Source of the DNA: Promethearchaeota archaeon
Lineage (GTDB): Archaea > Asgardarchaeota > Odinarchaeia > Odinarchaeales > JBHLKK01
Length of the DNA: 6,783 nt
Assembly (NCBI GenBank): GCA_048939465.1
Contig: JBHLPL010000004.1
Location: forward strand, 42,457-49,239
Direction: 5' to 3'
The notes under the pieces are model-generated. The model had not been told where the DNA came from. It was given only the letters and a program-made list of their open reading frames with translations, and searched no databases. Both the position numbers and the translations under genes were made by a program. Position 1 is the stretch's first letter. Every line of letters starts with the position of its first letter. Of the stretch, positions 1 to 6,107 are shown piece by piece.

Positions 1-1
1 C

Positions 2-751
2 AAAGCGAAGGCTGAAGAACTTATCAATATGCAGGATGAGTTTTCAGATAAAACAGGCAATCCCTGTATGATAGACCTAGTAGCTTCGGGTCCAGATGCA
101 GTTAGCAAGGAATTGGAGTTTGTTATGAACGTAACGGATGCTCCTATTCTGATAGATCCCGTCGGCGCGGAGACAAAAAAAGCCGCCATGAACTACATAG
201 AAGAGAAGAATCTAACAGCCAATGTTGTTTACAATTCCATAATCGTGGATACAAAGCAAGAGGAGCTTGATTTAATCAAGAAAGCGGGAATAACCAGCGC
301 AATTCTTCTGGCCTATAGCTCCAGAGTGTTCACCACCCAAGGACGGATTGATGCAGTTAATTCTCTTCTCTCATCTGTAGAGAAGATCGGGATTAAGAAA
401 CCACTGATTGATACGTGTATTATGGACATTCCCAGTCTAGGAATGGGGTGCTACGCTCTTTTTGAACTAAAAGACGAATTTGGAATTCCTATTGGAGGCG
501 GTACGGATAATGCCGTCTCTACATGGAGAGGATTAAAGACTAAGATGGGAAAACAGGCTCGTGAGTCAAGCATTGCAACTGCCGCCGCGGCAGCCGTCAT
601 GGTAGGAGCGGATTTCATACTATATGGACCCATAAAGGTGGCGCCGTACGTTTTTCCGTCAGTAGCCATGATTGATGCAGCTTTCGGTCAGCTGGTTATG
701 GAAAAGGGGAAGATGATTAATAAGGGTCATCCACTGTTCAAGATTCCTTAA
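2..751 (+). CDS. mtrH: MtrH/MtgA-family pterin-binding methyltransferase (tetrahydromethanopterin S-methyltransferase subunit H-like), 5'-partial
   Basis: The frame is open from base 2 (KAKAEELINMQDEFSDKTGNPCMIDLV), so the ATG at 29 is probably internal. MtrH-like segments: 'AEELIN..Q..SDKTGNP', 'NSI', 'LIDT', 'G.G..NA.S.W', 'GADFILYGPI..A..VFP.VAMIDA' and C-terminal 'HPLFKI'. Stop TAA at 749-751. Confidence 0.88.
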   Translation, partial: KAKAEELINMQDEFSDKTGNPCMIDLVASGPDAVSKELEFVMNVTDAPILIDPVGAETKKAAMNYIEEKNLTANVVYNSIIVDTKQEELDLIKKAGITSAILLAYSSRVFTTQGRIDAVNSLLSSVEKIGIKKPLIDTCIMDIPSLGMGCYALFELKDEFGIPIGGGTDNAVSTWRGLKTKMGKQARESSIATAAAAAVMVGADFILYGPIKVAPYVFPSVAMIDAAFGQLVMEKGKMINKGHPLFKIP

Positions 752-817
752 TCAAAATTGAAACTGCAGATGAGTGACTCCTCAATCATTAGAAATCGAA
801 CAATAAGAAGATTCAAC

Positions 818-830
818 GGTTATATTATAA
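818..830 (+). promoter_or_regulatory. Putative archaeal TATA box for the ferredoxin-aor unit
   Basis: GGTTATATTATAA in the 149-bp intergenic gap, about 75-80 nt upstream of ATG 901. The core TTATATTAT is shared with the candidate adh promoter. The BRE match is poor. Confidence 0.45.
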
Positions 831-887
831 GTTGTCTACTCTAAGCTGACGAAAGCGTTAAATTCCGAATATTACATTCCTTCCCGT

Positions 888-894
888 GGGAGAG
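888..894 (+). promoter_or_regulatory. Shine-Dalgarno-like site for the ferredoxin gene
   Basis: GGGAGAG ends 6 nt before ATG 901, which favours ATG 901 over GTG 886 as the start. Confidence 0.55.
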
Positions 895-900
895 TCTGAA

Positions 901-1383
901 ATGACAAAACAAAGGGTTTTAGTGGTTATTCCTAATCGTTGCACTGGTTGCGCTAGATGCGAGATGCACTGTTCATTCTTCCACACAAAAAGTATAGATC
1001 CTACTCAGCGCAGACTCTTTGTGATTCGCGCTGAACCAGATATTGACACTCCGATAGTTTGCACGCAATGTGGTTTATGCATGGCTGTATGTCCTGTTCC
1101 TGGAGCCATGGCAAGGAATAGGAAAACAGGAGCAATAGAGGTAACTGAAAAATGTACGGGTTGTGGACAGTGTGTTCCTGTATGTCCCTACGGAGTAATC
1201 AGCGTACATAAAATTAACAATAAAGCGATAAAATGTGATCTTTGTGGGGGGGATCCTGCGTGTGTAAAAGGTTGCCCCTTCAATGTCATTGAGTATGCCG
1301 ATCAAGAAAGAGCGAATTACATTAAGCGTCTCATCACGGCTAGTGCTGTTAAGGGGGGAATCTACAGAGGTTCAGAATCTTAA
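901..1383 (+). CDS. 4Fe-4S polyferredoxin (DmsB/HybA-like, 16 Cys), probable electron-transfer small subunit of the adjacent tungsten oxidoreductase
   Basis: Four Cys motifs: CTGCARCEMHC, CTQCGLCMAVCP, CTGCGQCVPVCPYG, KCDLCGGDPACVKGCP. It lies 23 bp upstream of aor on the same strand. The ORF track starts at GTG 886, but ATG 901 has the better RBS (160 aa). Confidence 0.9.
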   Translation: MTKQRVLVVIPNRCTGCARCEMHCSFFHTKSIDPTQRRLFVIRAEPDIDTPIVCTQCGLCMAVCPVPGAMARNRKTGAIEVTEKCTGCGQCVPVCPYGVISVHKINNKAIKCDLCGGDPACVKGCPFNVIEYADQERANYIKRLITASAVKGGIYRGSES

Positions 1384-1393
1384 GGGTTCCCGT

Positions 1394-1402
1394 GAGGGGT
1401 TG
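1394..1402 (+). promoter_or_regulatory. Shine-Dalgarno-like site for aor
   Basis: GAGGGGTTG lies 4 nt before ATG 1407. Confidence 0.55.
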
Positions 1403-1406
1403 ACAG

Positions 1407-3302
1407 ATGAAAGAGAAGTGGTATGGGTATGTTGGGAAGATTTTGCGAGTGAACTTGACTGATGGCAAGGTTGTTGAAGAATCCCTCAGCAAGAATGTAG
1501 CCAAAAAGTTCCTGGGATGTGTTGGTTACGCTGCGAAAATACTATGGGATGAGCTTGAACGGGGGGACCCGCTGAGTCCTGAGAACAAACTGATAATTGC
1601 AACAGGACCACTAACTGGAACATTAGAGCCTGGATCGGGAAGCTGGGAGGCTTGTTTCAAATCGCCCTTAACCAACGGTTGGGGAGAGGCCAGATGCGGT
1701 GGCTTTCTGGGTCCGGAGCTCAAGTTTGCGGGCTTTGACATGATCATTATCGAGGGAAGAGCAAAAAACCCGTCATACATATGGATTAATGATGGGGAAG
1801 TCAAGATAAGATCCGCAGAGCACCTGTGGGGTAAAACCACAGTAGATACAGAAAAAGAACTAAAAGAGGAGTTGGGTGATTCTGAGGTTAAGGTTGCTAC
1901 CATAGGTCCGGCAGGCGAGAGTCTCGTTCGCTTTGCATGCATAGTTGCAGATACTGATAGAGTAGCAGGCCGAGGCGGGCCTGGTGCGGTAATGGGATCA
2001 AAGAATCTGAAAGCCGTAGCCGTAAGAGGATCCGGTAAGATTCTGATTTCAGATCCTGAATCCTATTTAGATGTTATCAGAGAATGTGAAACAGCGGTTT
2101 CGAAATCAGATTGGCTCCCTGCTTATCTTCACGGAACCATAAGCTTCATTTCAGGAGCTGATATGGCAGGAGATCTCCCGACCAAATATGGTGCTTCAAA
2201 CAACTGGGGGAAGGGAGACGATATCTACGTTTCATTTGAGAATAACTACTTGATAAAGTCTAGAGCATGTTATGGCTGCGCTGTTGCCTGTGCCAGACTA
2301 TCAGGCGTCAAGACCGCCAAATGGTTTACACCACCTCATGGAGGTCCCGAGTACGAAACCGTTGCAACCTTCACGGCATTCATGTTGCATGAAAACTTAG
2401 AAGCAGTAATTCATGCAAATTATCTGTGTAATCTGCTTGGTATGGACACAATATCTTGCGGAAATGCTATCGCTTTTGCTATGGAATGTTACGATAAAGG
2501 GCTGATTACCAAGAATGACACGGACGATACAGAGCTGAACTGGGGTAACAGTGATTCTATCGTAACCATGGTTAAGAAGATAGGACGGCGAGATGGTTTT
2601 GGAGATTTGCTGGCCGAAGGCGTAAGAAGGGCTGCCAAGAAAATTGGGAAAGGAGCACCTGAACTCGCACTTCATGTTAAGGGACTCGAATTACCTATGC
2701 ACGATCCAAGGGCCGGAAAGAGCTTAGCGCTACAGTATGGAACAGCAAATAGGGGAATGTGTCACATCCATCCGTGCGAAAGCGTGGATGTAGAAGCCTA
2801 TGGTGCAGATTTTGGGCTGATACCTTACGGACTACCGAAGCCACCAGTTGAAAAGTACGGTGAAAAGGGAAAAGCGGTGATAGTTAAGCTCCTGCAGGAT
2901 TACGGTGTGCTTTATGACATCATGGGGGTATGTAAGTTTTTGGCATATACCGGCATGACACTGGACAAATACGCCAAGTTATTAGCAGTCACTACGGGAT
3001 ACGAACTAAGTGAAGTCGAGTTGCTTAATGTTGGCGAGCGTGTGATCAATCTGCAAAGGTGTTTCAACGTCCGAGAGGGCTTAAGGCGAAAGGATGACAT
3101 GATTCCAAAAAGAATCCAAGAAGTCCCCCATTTTGGGGCCTATGCCAATGTAAAGGAAACAGCAATAAGAAACTATAATGCCATGCTTGACGAGTATTAT
3201 AAATTACGCGGATGGAACAGGGAAAACGGCGTTCCCACCCAGGAGAAATTGAAGGAGCTTGGATTAGAAGATGTGTACAGCCAAATCAGTAGACTTGATT
3301 AA
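1407..3302 (+). CDS. aor: Tungsten-containing aldehyde:ferredoxin oxidoreductase family protein (AOR/WOR), 631 aa
   Basis: N-terminal 'YGY.GKILRVNLT', 'DPLSPENKLIIATGPLTG', 'KSPLT', 'GPELKFAGFD', 'IGPAGE', 'GRGG.GAVMGSKNLKA'. [4Fe-4S] ligands CYGCAVAC (2268-2291) plus the distal Cys in 'MGVCKF'. Catalytic-site motifs GPEYET and RGMCH, 'LGMDTIS', and C-terminal 'YY.LRGW..ENGVPT.EKLKELGL'. The substrate is not determinable from sequence. Confidence 0.95.
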   Translation: MKEKWYGYVGKILRVNLTDGKVVEESLSKNVAKKFLGCVGYAAKILWDELERGDPLSPENKLIIATGPLTGTLEPGSGSWEACFKSPLTNGWGEARCGGFLGPELKFAGFDMIIIEGRAKNPSYIWINDGEVKIRSAEHLWGKTTVDTEKELKEELGDSEVKVATIGPAGESLVRFACIVADTDRVAGRGGPGAVMGSKNLKAVAVRGSGKILISDPESYLDVIRECETAVSKSDWLPAYLHGTISFISGADMAGDLPTKYGASNNWGKGDDIYVSFENNYLIKSRACYGCAVACARLSGVKTAKWFTPPHGGPEYETVATFTAFMLHENLEAVIHANYLCNLLGMDTISCGNAIAFAMECYDKGLITKNDTDDTELNWGNSDSIVTMVKKIGRRDGFGDLLAEGVRRAAKKIGKGAPELALHVKGLELPMHDPRAGKSLALQYGTANRGMCHIHPCESVDVEAYGADFGLIPYGLPKPPVEKYGEKGKAVIVKLLQDYGVLYDIMGVCKFLAYTGMTLDKYAKLLAVTTGYELSEVELLNVGERVINLQRCFNVREGLRRKDDMIPKRIQEVPHFGAYANVKETAIRNYNAMLDEYYKLRGWNRENGVPTQEKLKELGLEDVYSQISRLD

Positions 3303-3359
3303 CGTTCATTTACTAATATGGATTCATCGGGTTATTGATTCACGTAAATCGCTTCCCAG

Positions 3360-4535
3360 TTAGTAAGCTCTTTTGAGTATATCCAAGAGACTGTTTTCAG
3401 CCACCATTCTGGGATTTCCAGGTATTTCTGCAGTATCCATAGCCATCTTTGCTATCTTTGGAAGATCGTCCTTCTTAATGCCTATATCTCTCAGAGAAGT
3501 TGGGAGATCTAGATCTTCTATAAACTTCCTCGATGCGTCAATAACTCGCCTTGCAGCTTCTCTTACTGATAGTCCCTCCACTTTTTCTCCCATAGCAGAG
3601 GCTATTTTGGCATACATTTTCGGATTTGCTATGTAATTAAACTCCAGAACAGGTGGCGTAAATACCGCAATGGCTATGCCGTGTGGAACTTCTCCGTACA
3701 AGCCACCGACCGTTTCAGCCAGCGAGTGTATTATGCCACAGTTGGCAAAGTTTTCACATATTCCACCCAGGTGTGCCGCTAACATTACAGCTTCTCTAGC
3801 ATCCATATTGCTTCCATTAGCATAGGCTATAGGGAGGTTCTCAACAAGCAATTCGATCCCATACAGTGCCAGCGATGGGACAAATGGCTTTGCATCAAGC
3901 GCAACACAGGTTTCAAGAGCGTGAGAAAAAGCATCAAATCCTGTTGCTGCGGTCTGTTTTGGGGGTAAAGTCATTGTTAGCAGTGGATCTACAAGAGTTG
4001 CGCTGGCTCCCAGATAGGGGCCACCCGGATATGGTGGAGCCTGCCCCAACGCCATCTTGAAATTCCGATCAGTGTCGGTAATAACTGCCCAATAGTCTAC
4101 TTCACTACCGGTACCTGCAGTTGTGGGAATCGTAATAAGAGGCGTAAGGTGATTCTTTATTGCTTCAGTCTCATAGTCTCGTATTCTGCCGGGATTTGTT
4201 GCTAAAAGCGCCGCCCCCTTACCCGTATCCATAGAACTCCCGCCGCCAATCGCCACGATCAGATCGTATTCTCCCTTCTCAACTTGCTGTGCTGCCCTCT
4301 CTACGACAACATCTGTAGGGTTAGGAATTACCTCGTCAAAGATGTCATATTCAAGGTTCTTAGCATCCAAAGATTCTATTGTGCCTTTGGTAAGACCAGC
4401 CTTAATTACGCCCTTATCTGTTACCATAAGGACTCTCTTAGCCTTCATACTCTCAGCTAGTTCCCCAACCTTTCTGCTTACTCCTCGACCGAATTCTATA
4501 TGTATAGGTAATGTGAAGTTAAAGGGTTCAAACAC
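3360..4535 (-). CDS. Iron-containing (group III) alcohol dehydrogenase, GbsB/choline-dehydrogenase-like, 391 aa
   Basis: Motifs VTDKG, PNP, GGGSSMDTGK, IPTTAGTGSEV, DP..T..LP, TG.DAFSHALE, IIH, PHG and GNPR. The Asp/His/His/His metal ligands are present. GTG start with a strong G-rich RBS. The family call is secure; the subfamily call is tentative. Confidence 0.93.
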   Translation of the reverse strand: MFEPFNFTLPIHIEFGRGVSRKVGELAESMKAKRVLMVTDKGVIKAGLTKGTIESLDAKNLEYDIFDEVIPNPTDVVVERAAQQVEKGEYDLIVAIGGGSSMDTGKGAALLATNPGRIRDYETEAIKNHLTPLITIPTTAGTGSEVDYWAVITDTDRNFKMALGQAPPYPGGPYLGASATLVDPLLTMTLPPKQTAATGFDAFSHALETCVALDAKPFVPSLALYGIELLVENLPIAYANGSNMDAREAVMLAAHLGGICENFANCGIIHSLAETVGGLYGEVPHGIAIAVFTPPVLEFNYIANPKMYAKIASAMGEKVEGLSVREAARRVIDASRKFIEDLDLPTSLRDIGIKKDDLPKIAKMAMDTAEIPGNPRMVAENSLLDILKRAY

Positions 4536-4540
4536 TCTTG

Positions 4541-4553
4541 CCTACCCCCCCTG
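4541..4553 (-). promoter_or_regulatory. Shine-Dalgarno-like site for the ADH gene
   Basis: Minus strand reads CAGGGGGGGTAGG, ending 5 nt before GTG 4535. Confidence 0.55.
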
Positions 4554-4572
4554 AATCAGTTTTATGATTCGG
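4550..4572. repeat. Inverted repeat CCTGAATCA-N5-TGATTCGGG (operator-like)
   Basis: Perfect GAATCA/TGATTC arms (4553-4558, 4564-4569) extended by CC.../...GG with one mismatch. Confidence 0.55.
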
Positions 4573-4574
4573 GA

Positions 4575-4592
4575 GATAATATAAAGCTTACT
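4575..4592 (-). promoter_or_regulatory. Archaeal BRE + TATA promoter of the ADH gene
   Basis: Minus strand GAGTAAGC-TTTATATTAT: a purine-rich BRE-like element directly followed by TTTATA. The predicted start site near 4555 gives a roughly 20-nt leader containing the RBS. Confidence 0.6.
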
Positions 4593-4626
4593 CATACATA
4601 TTCTTTGAGACCAGCTGAATGAACGC

Positions 4627-4661
4627 CACAACTTATAGTCAGTTTTTTAGACCAAGTTGTG
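4627..4661. repeat. Inverted repeat CACAACTT-N19-AAGTTGTG
   Basis: Perfect 8-bp arms at 4627-4634 and 4654-4661 in the divergent intergenic region. Confidence 0.55.
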
Positions 4662-4691
4662 CGGCTGACCTGTGAAAACCTCAATTGAAAG

Positions 4692-4710
4692 CAAATAGCT
4701 TTAATATTAT
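4692..4710 (+). promoter_or_regulatory. Putative BRE + TATA promoter of the nucleotidyltransferase-fold gene
   Basis: CAAATAGC-TTTAATATTAT is almost identical to the divergent adh promoter (AGCTTTAATATTAT vs AGCTTTA-TATTAT). Confidence 0.4.
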
Positions 4711-4820
4711 TGCTTCCTATATGACGAAAAGAAACATCTTCGAAACCTGCAAATGTAAAAAGAATTATCTATCCTGAATGATTTCCTCTCCAACAACATC
4801 AGAAGCAGCGGGCGATTCTA

Positions 4821-5933
4821 TTGACAAGAACAATTACTCTTTGGGAACACGATGTCTTTCCAGACCAAACTGTAAAAGTCAACTTGCCTTTGACAAGCAA
4901 AGTGAATCCGGAAGAATTGAAATCAGAACTCTGTGTTCCAGAGTATGTGGACCTCAGTTATTTTCCTATGCAAAAGGCGATAGTTATTCTGTGGGCCTGC
5001 AAAAATGCTCATGAACTTCATAACATGTATCCTGATGCCATAGATAAAAAGATATCAAAGAAACCCGTTAAGACGCTCCTTTTCGGCGGGGGGGCAATCA
5101 AAATGCTATGTCCGTCTGCCAACGTCAGGGGGTCACCATTCAATAGATCAATGAACGATGTCGACTTCTTGGTATCTCGTAAGCATCATAAGGAATTGAA
5201 AACTGTACTCCTAACCCTGCACGATATCGCCGGGACAAGGTATTTTCACTTCGTGACACCATACGAGGAAAGATATAACACAATGAGACCCGGAAGAGTC
5301 TTGATTAGAACCTTCAACGGATTTTCTGAGGATGGAAAGCCTAAGGTAGGTTTGATGGATATATTATCCGATCGTGTTGAAATGAGACACACTATTGACG
5401 TCAGAGAAGACCTAAAGATTCCTTCTGAGGACTGCGTCTACTCGATCAGCCCCCACAATTTACTCCTAACTAAAGCTCAATTTATCGTGGATTATCCGAA
5501 GAGGGAGAATCTGCCGAAACTTGAGAAAAGCGATCAAACGTACAGAATACTTCCTTATGAGTATTTTAACAAAGACAGAATTATAATAGGCATGGAGGAT
5601 AAAGACTTTCTAGATACAGCTGTTCTTCTTCTAGATCATGACTTCGGGGAGGATATGAATCAAATCAATCTGATCAAGCTTAGGTCGATACTTAAGGATG
5701 GTAAACTAAGATTAACATTTAGATTGAATCTTCAAAATATGCTGAATAATCTAGATAGACTGAGAAAACGTGGAGCTACCGATTCTCAGATAAGCACAAT
5801 AGAGGGTAAGATTGAGTCTATCTTCAAAGAGATACCTGAGGCAGATTTCAAATGGAACAAGCCGTGGTGGAATACCCATATCGAAGTACCAGATACTAGC
5901 GGAGGATGGGCGGGGGTAACAACGGGTAGGTGA
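4821..5933 (+). CDS. Uncharacterised protein with a DNA polymerase beta-superfamily nucleotidyltransferase-like signature, 370 aa
   Basis: Long ORF with a TTG start (first start after in-frame TGA 4779). hGG motif 'LLFGGGAI' (5085-5093), 'NDVDFLV' (DxD at 5157-5165), third acidic strand 'MDILSD', then 'EMRHTID', 'LLLTKAQF', 'MEDKDFLD' and C-terminal 'KPWW'. The CDS is solid; the function is inferred. Confidence 0.7.
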   Translation: MTRTITLWEHDVFPDQTVKVNLPLTSKVNPEELKSELCVPEYVDLSYFPMQKAIVILWACKNAHELHNMYPDAIDKKISKKPVKTLLFGGGAIKMLCPSANVRGSPFNRSMNDVDFLVSRKHHKELKTVLLTLHDIAGTRYFHFVTPYEERYNTMRPGRVLIRTFNGFSEDGKPKVGLMDILSDRVEMRHTIDVREDLKIPSEDCVYSISPHNLLLTKAQFIVDYPKRENLPKLEKSDQTYRILPYEYFNKDRIIIGMEDKDFLDTAVLLLDHDFGEDMNQINLIKLRSILKDGKLRLTFRLNLQNMLNNLDRLRKRGATDSQISTIEGKIESIFKEIPEADFKWNKPWWNTHIEVPDTSGGWAGVTTGR

Positions 5934-6107
5934 CCGTGACTACTATTCTGAGTTGAAAGGGCTCCTTCCCCAATCCAAGACCTCGGAAGATTCATTTTCA
6001 GAATATTGGACTTCCGGAAAAGACCAAAAGTCACTTACATCCTACCTTAGGATCAGCAGGTATTTTAGAAATGATGTAGTTCTCTGTGTCACTGGTTATC
6101 GGTTAAA

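Noticed and set aside
846-870. CTGACGA resembling the hammerhead ribozyme core CUGANGA
   Set aside because: No stem II followed by GAAA and no flanking stems I/III.
886-900. GTG 886 as the ferredoxin start
   Set aside because: The added residues overlap the SD-like GGGAGAG; ATG 901 has proper RBS spacing and matches the -20 motif geometry seen at aor.
3303-3359. ATTTAC/GTAAAT inverted repeat and GATTCA direct repeat between the convergent aor and adh genes as a terminator
   Set aside because: Arms are only 6 bp, AT-rich and widely spaced, with no clear oligo-T tract; within chance expectation.
4615-4670. TGAATGA ... CTGA resembling a C/D-box sRNA
   Set aside because: Box C is imperfect and there are no internal D'/C' boxes at the expected spacing. 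The same applies to ATGATGT near 6071.
4721-4777. Small ORF MTKRNIFETCKCKKNYLS upstream of the NTase gene
   Set aside because: No RBS, and its ATG lies at or before the start site predicted from the TATA at 4700; likely chance.
1246-5094. G7/C7 homopolymers (1246-1252, 4545-4551, 5088-5094) as phase-variation tracts
   Set aside because: The tracts are short, the coding ones encode required Gly-Gly motifs in intact frames, and the third is the RBS.
5931-6050. Three in-frame TGA codons (5931, 5937, 5949) after the NTase ORF followed by 32 open codons, plus a GAAA-GGG...CCC stem faintly like an archaeal SECIS
   Set aside because: No other gene has internal TGA, Trp is encoded by TGG, the protein already ends after a plausible KPWW C-terminal motif, and the stem lacks the 3' A of the SECIS GAA/A motif. 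Tandem stops are the simpler explanation.
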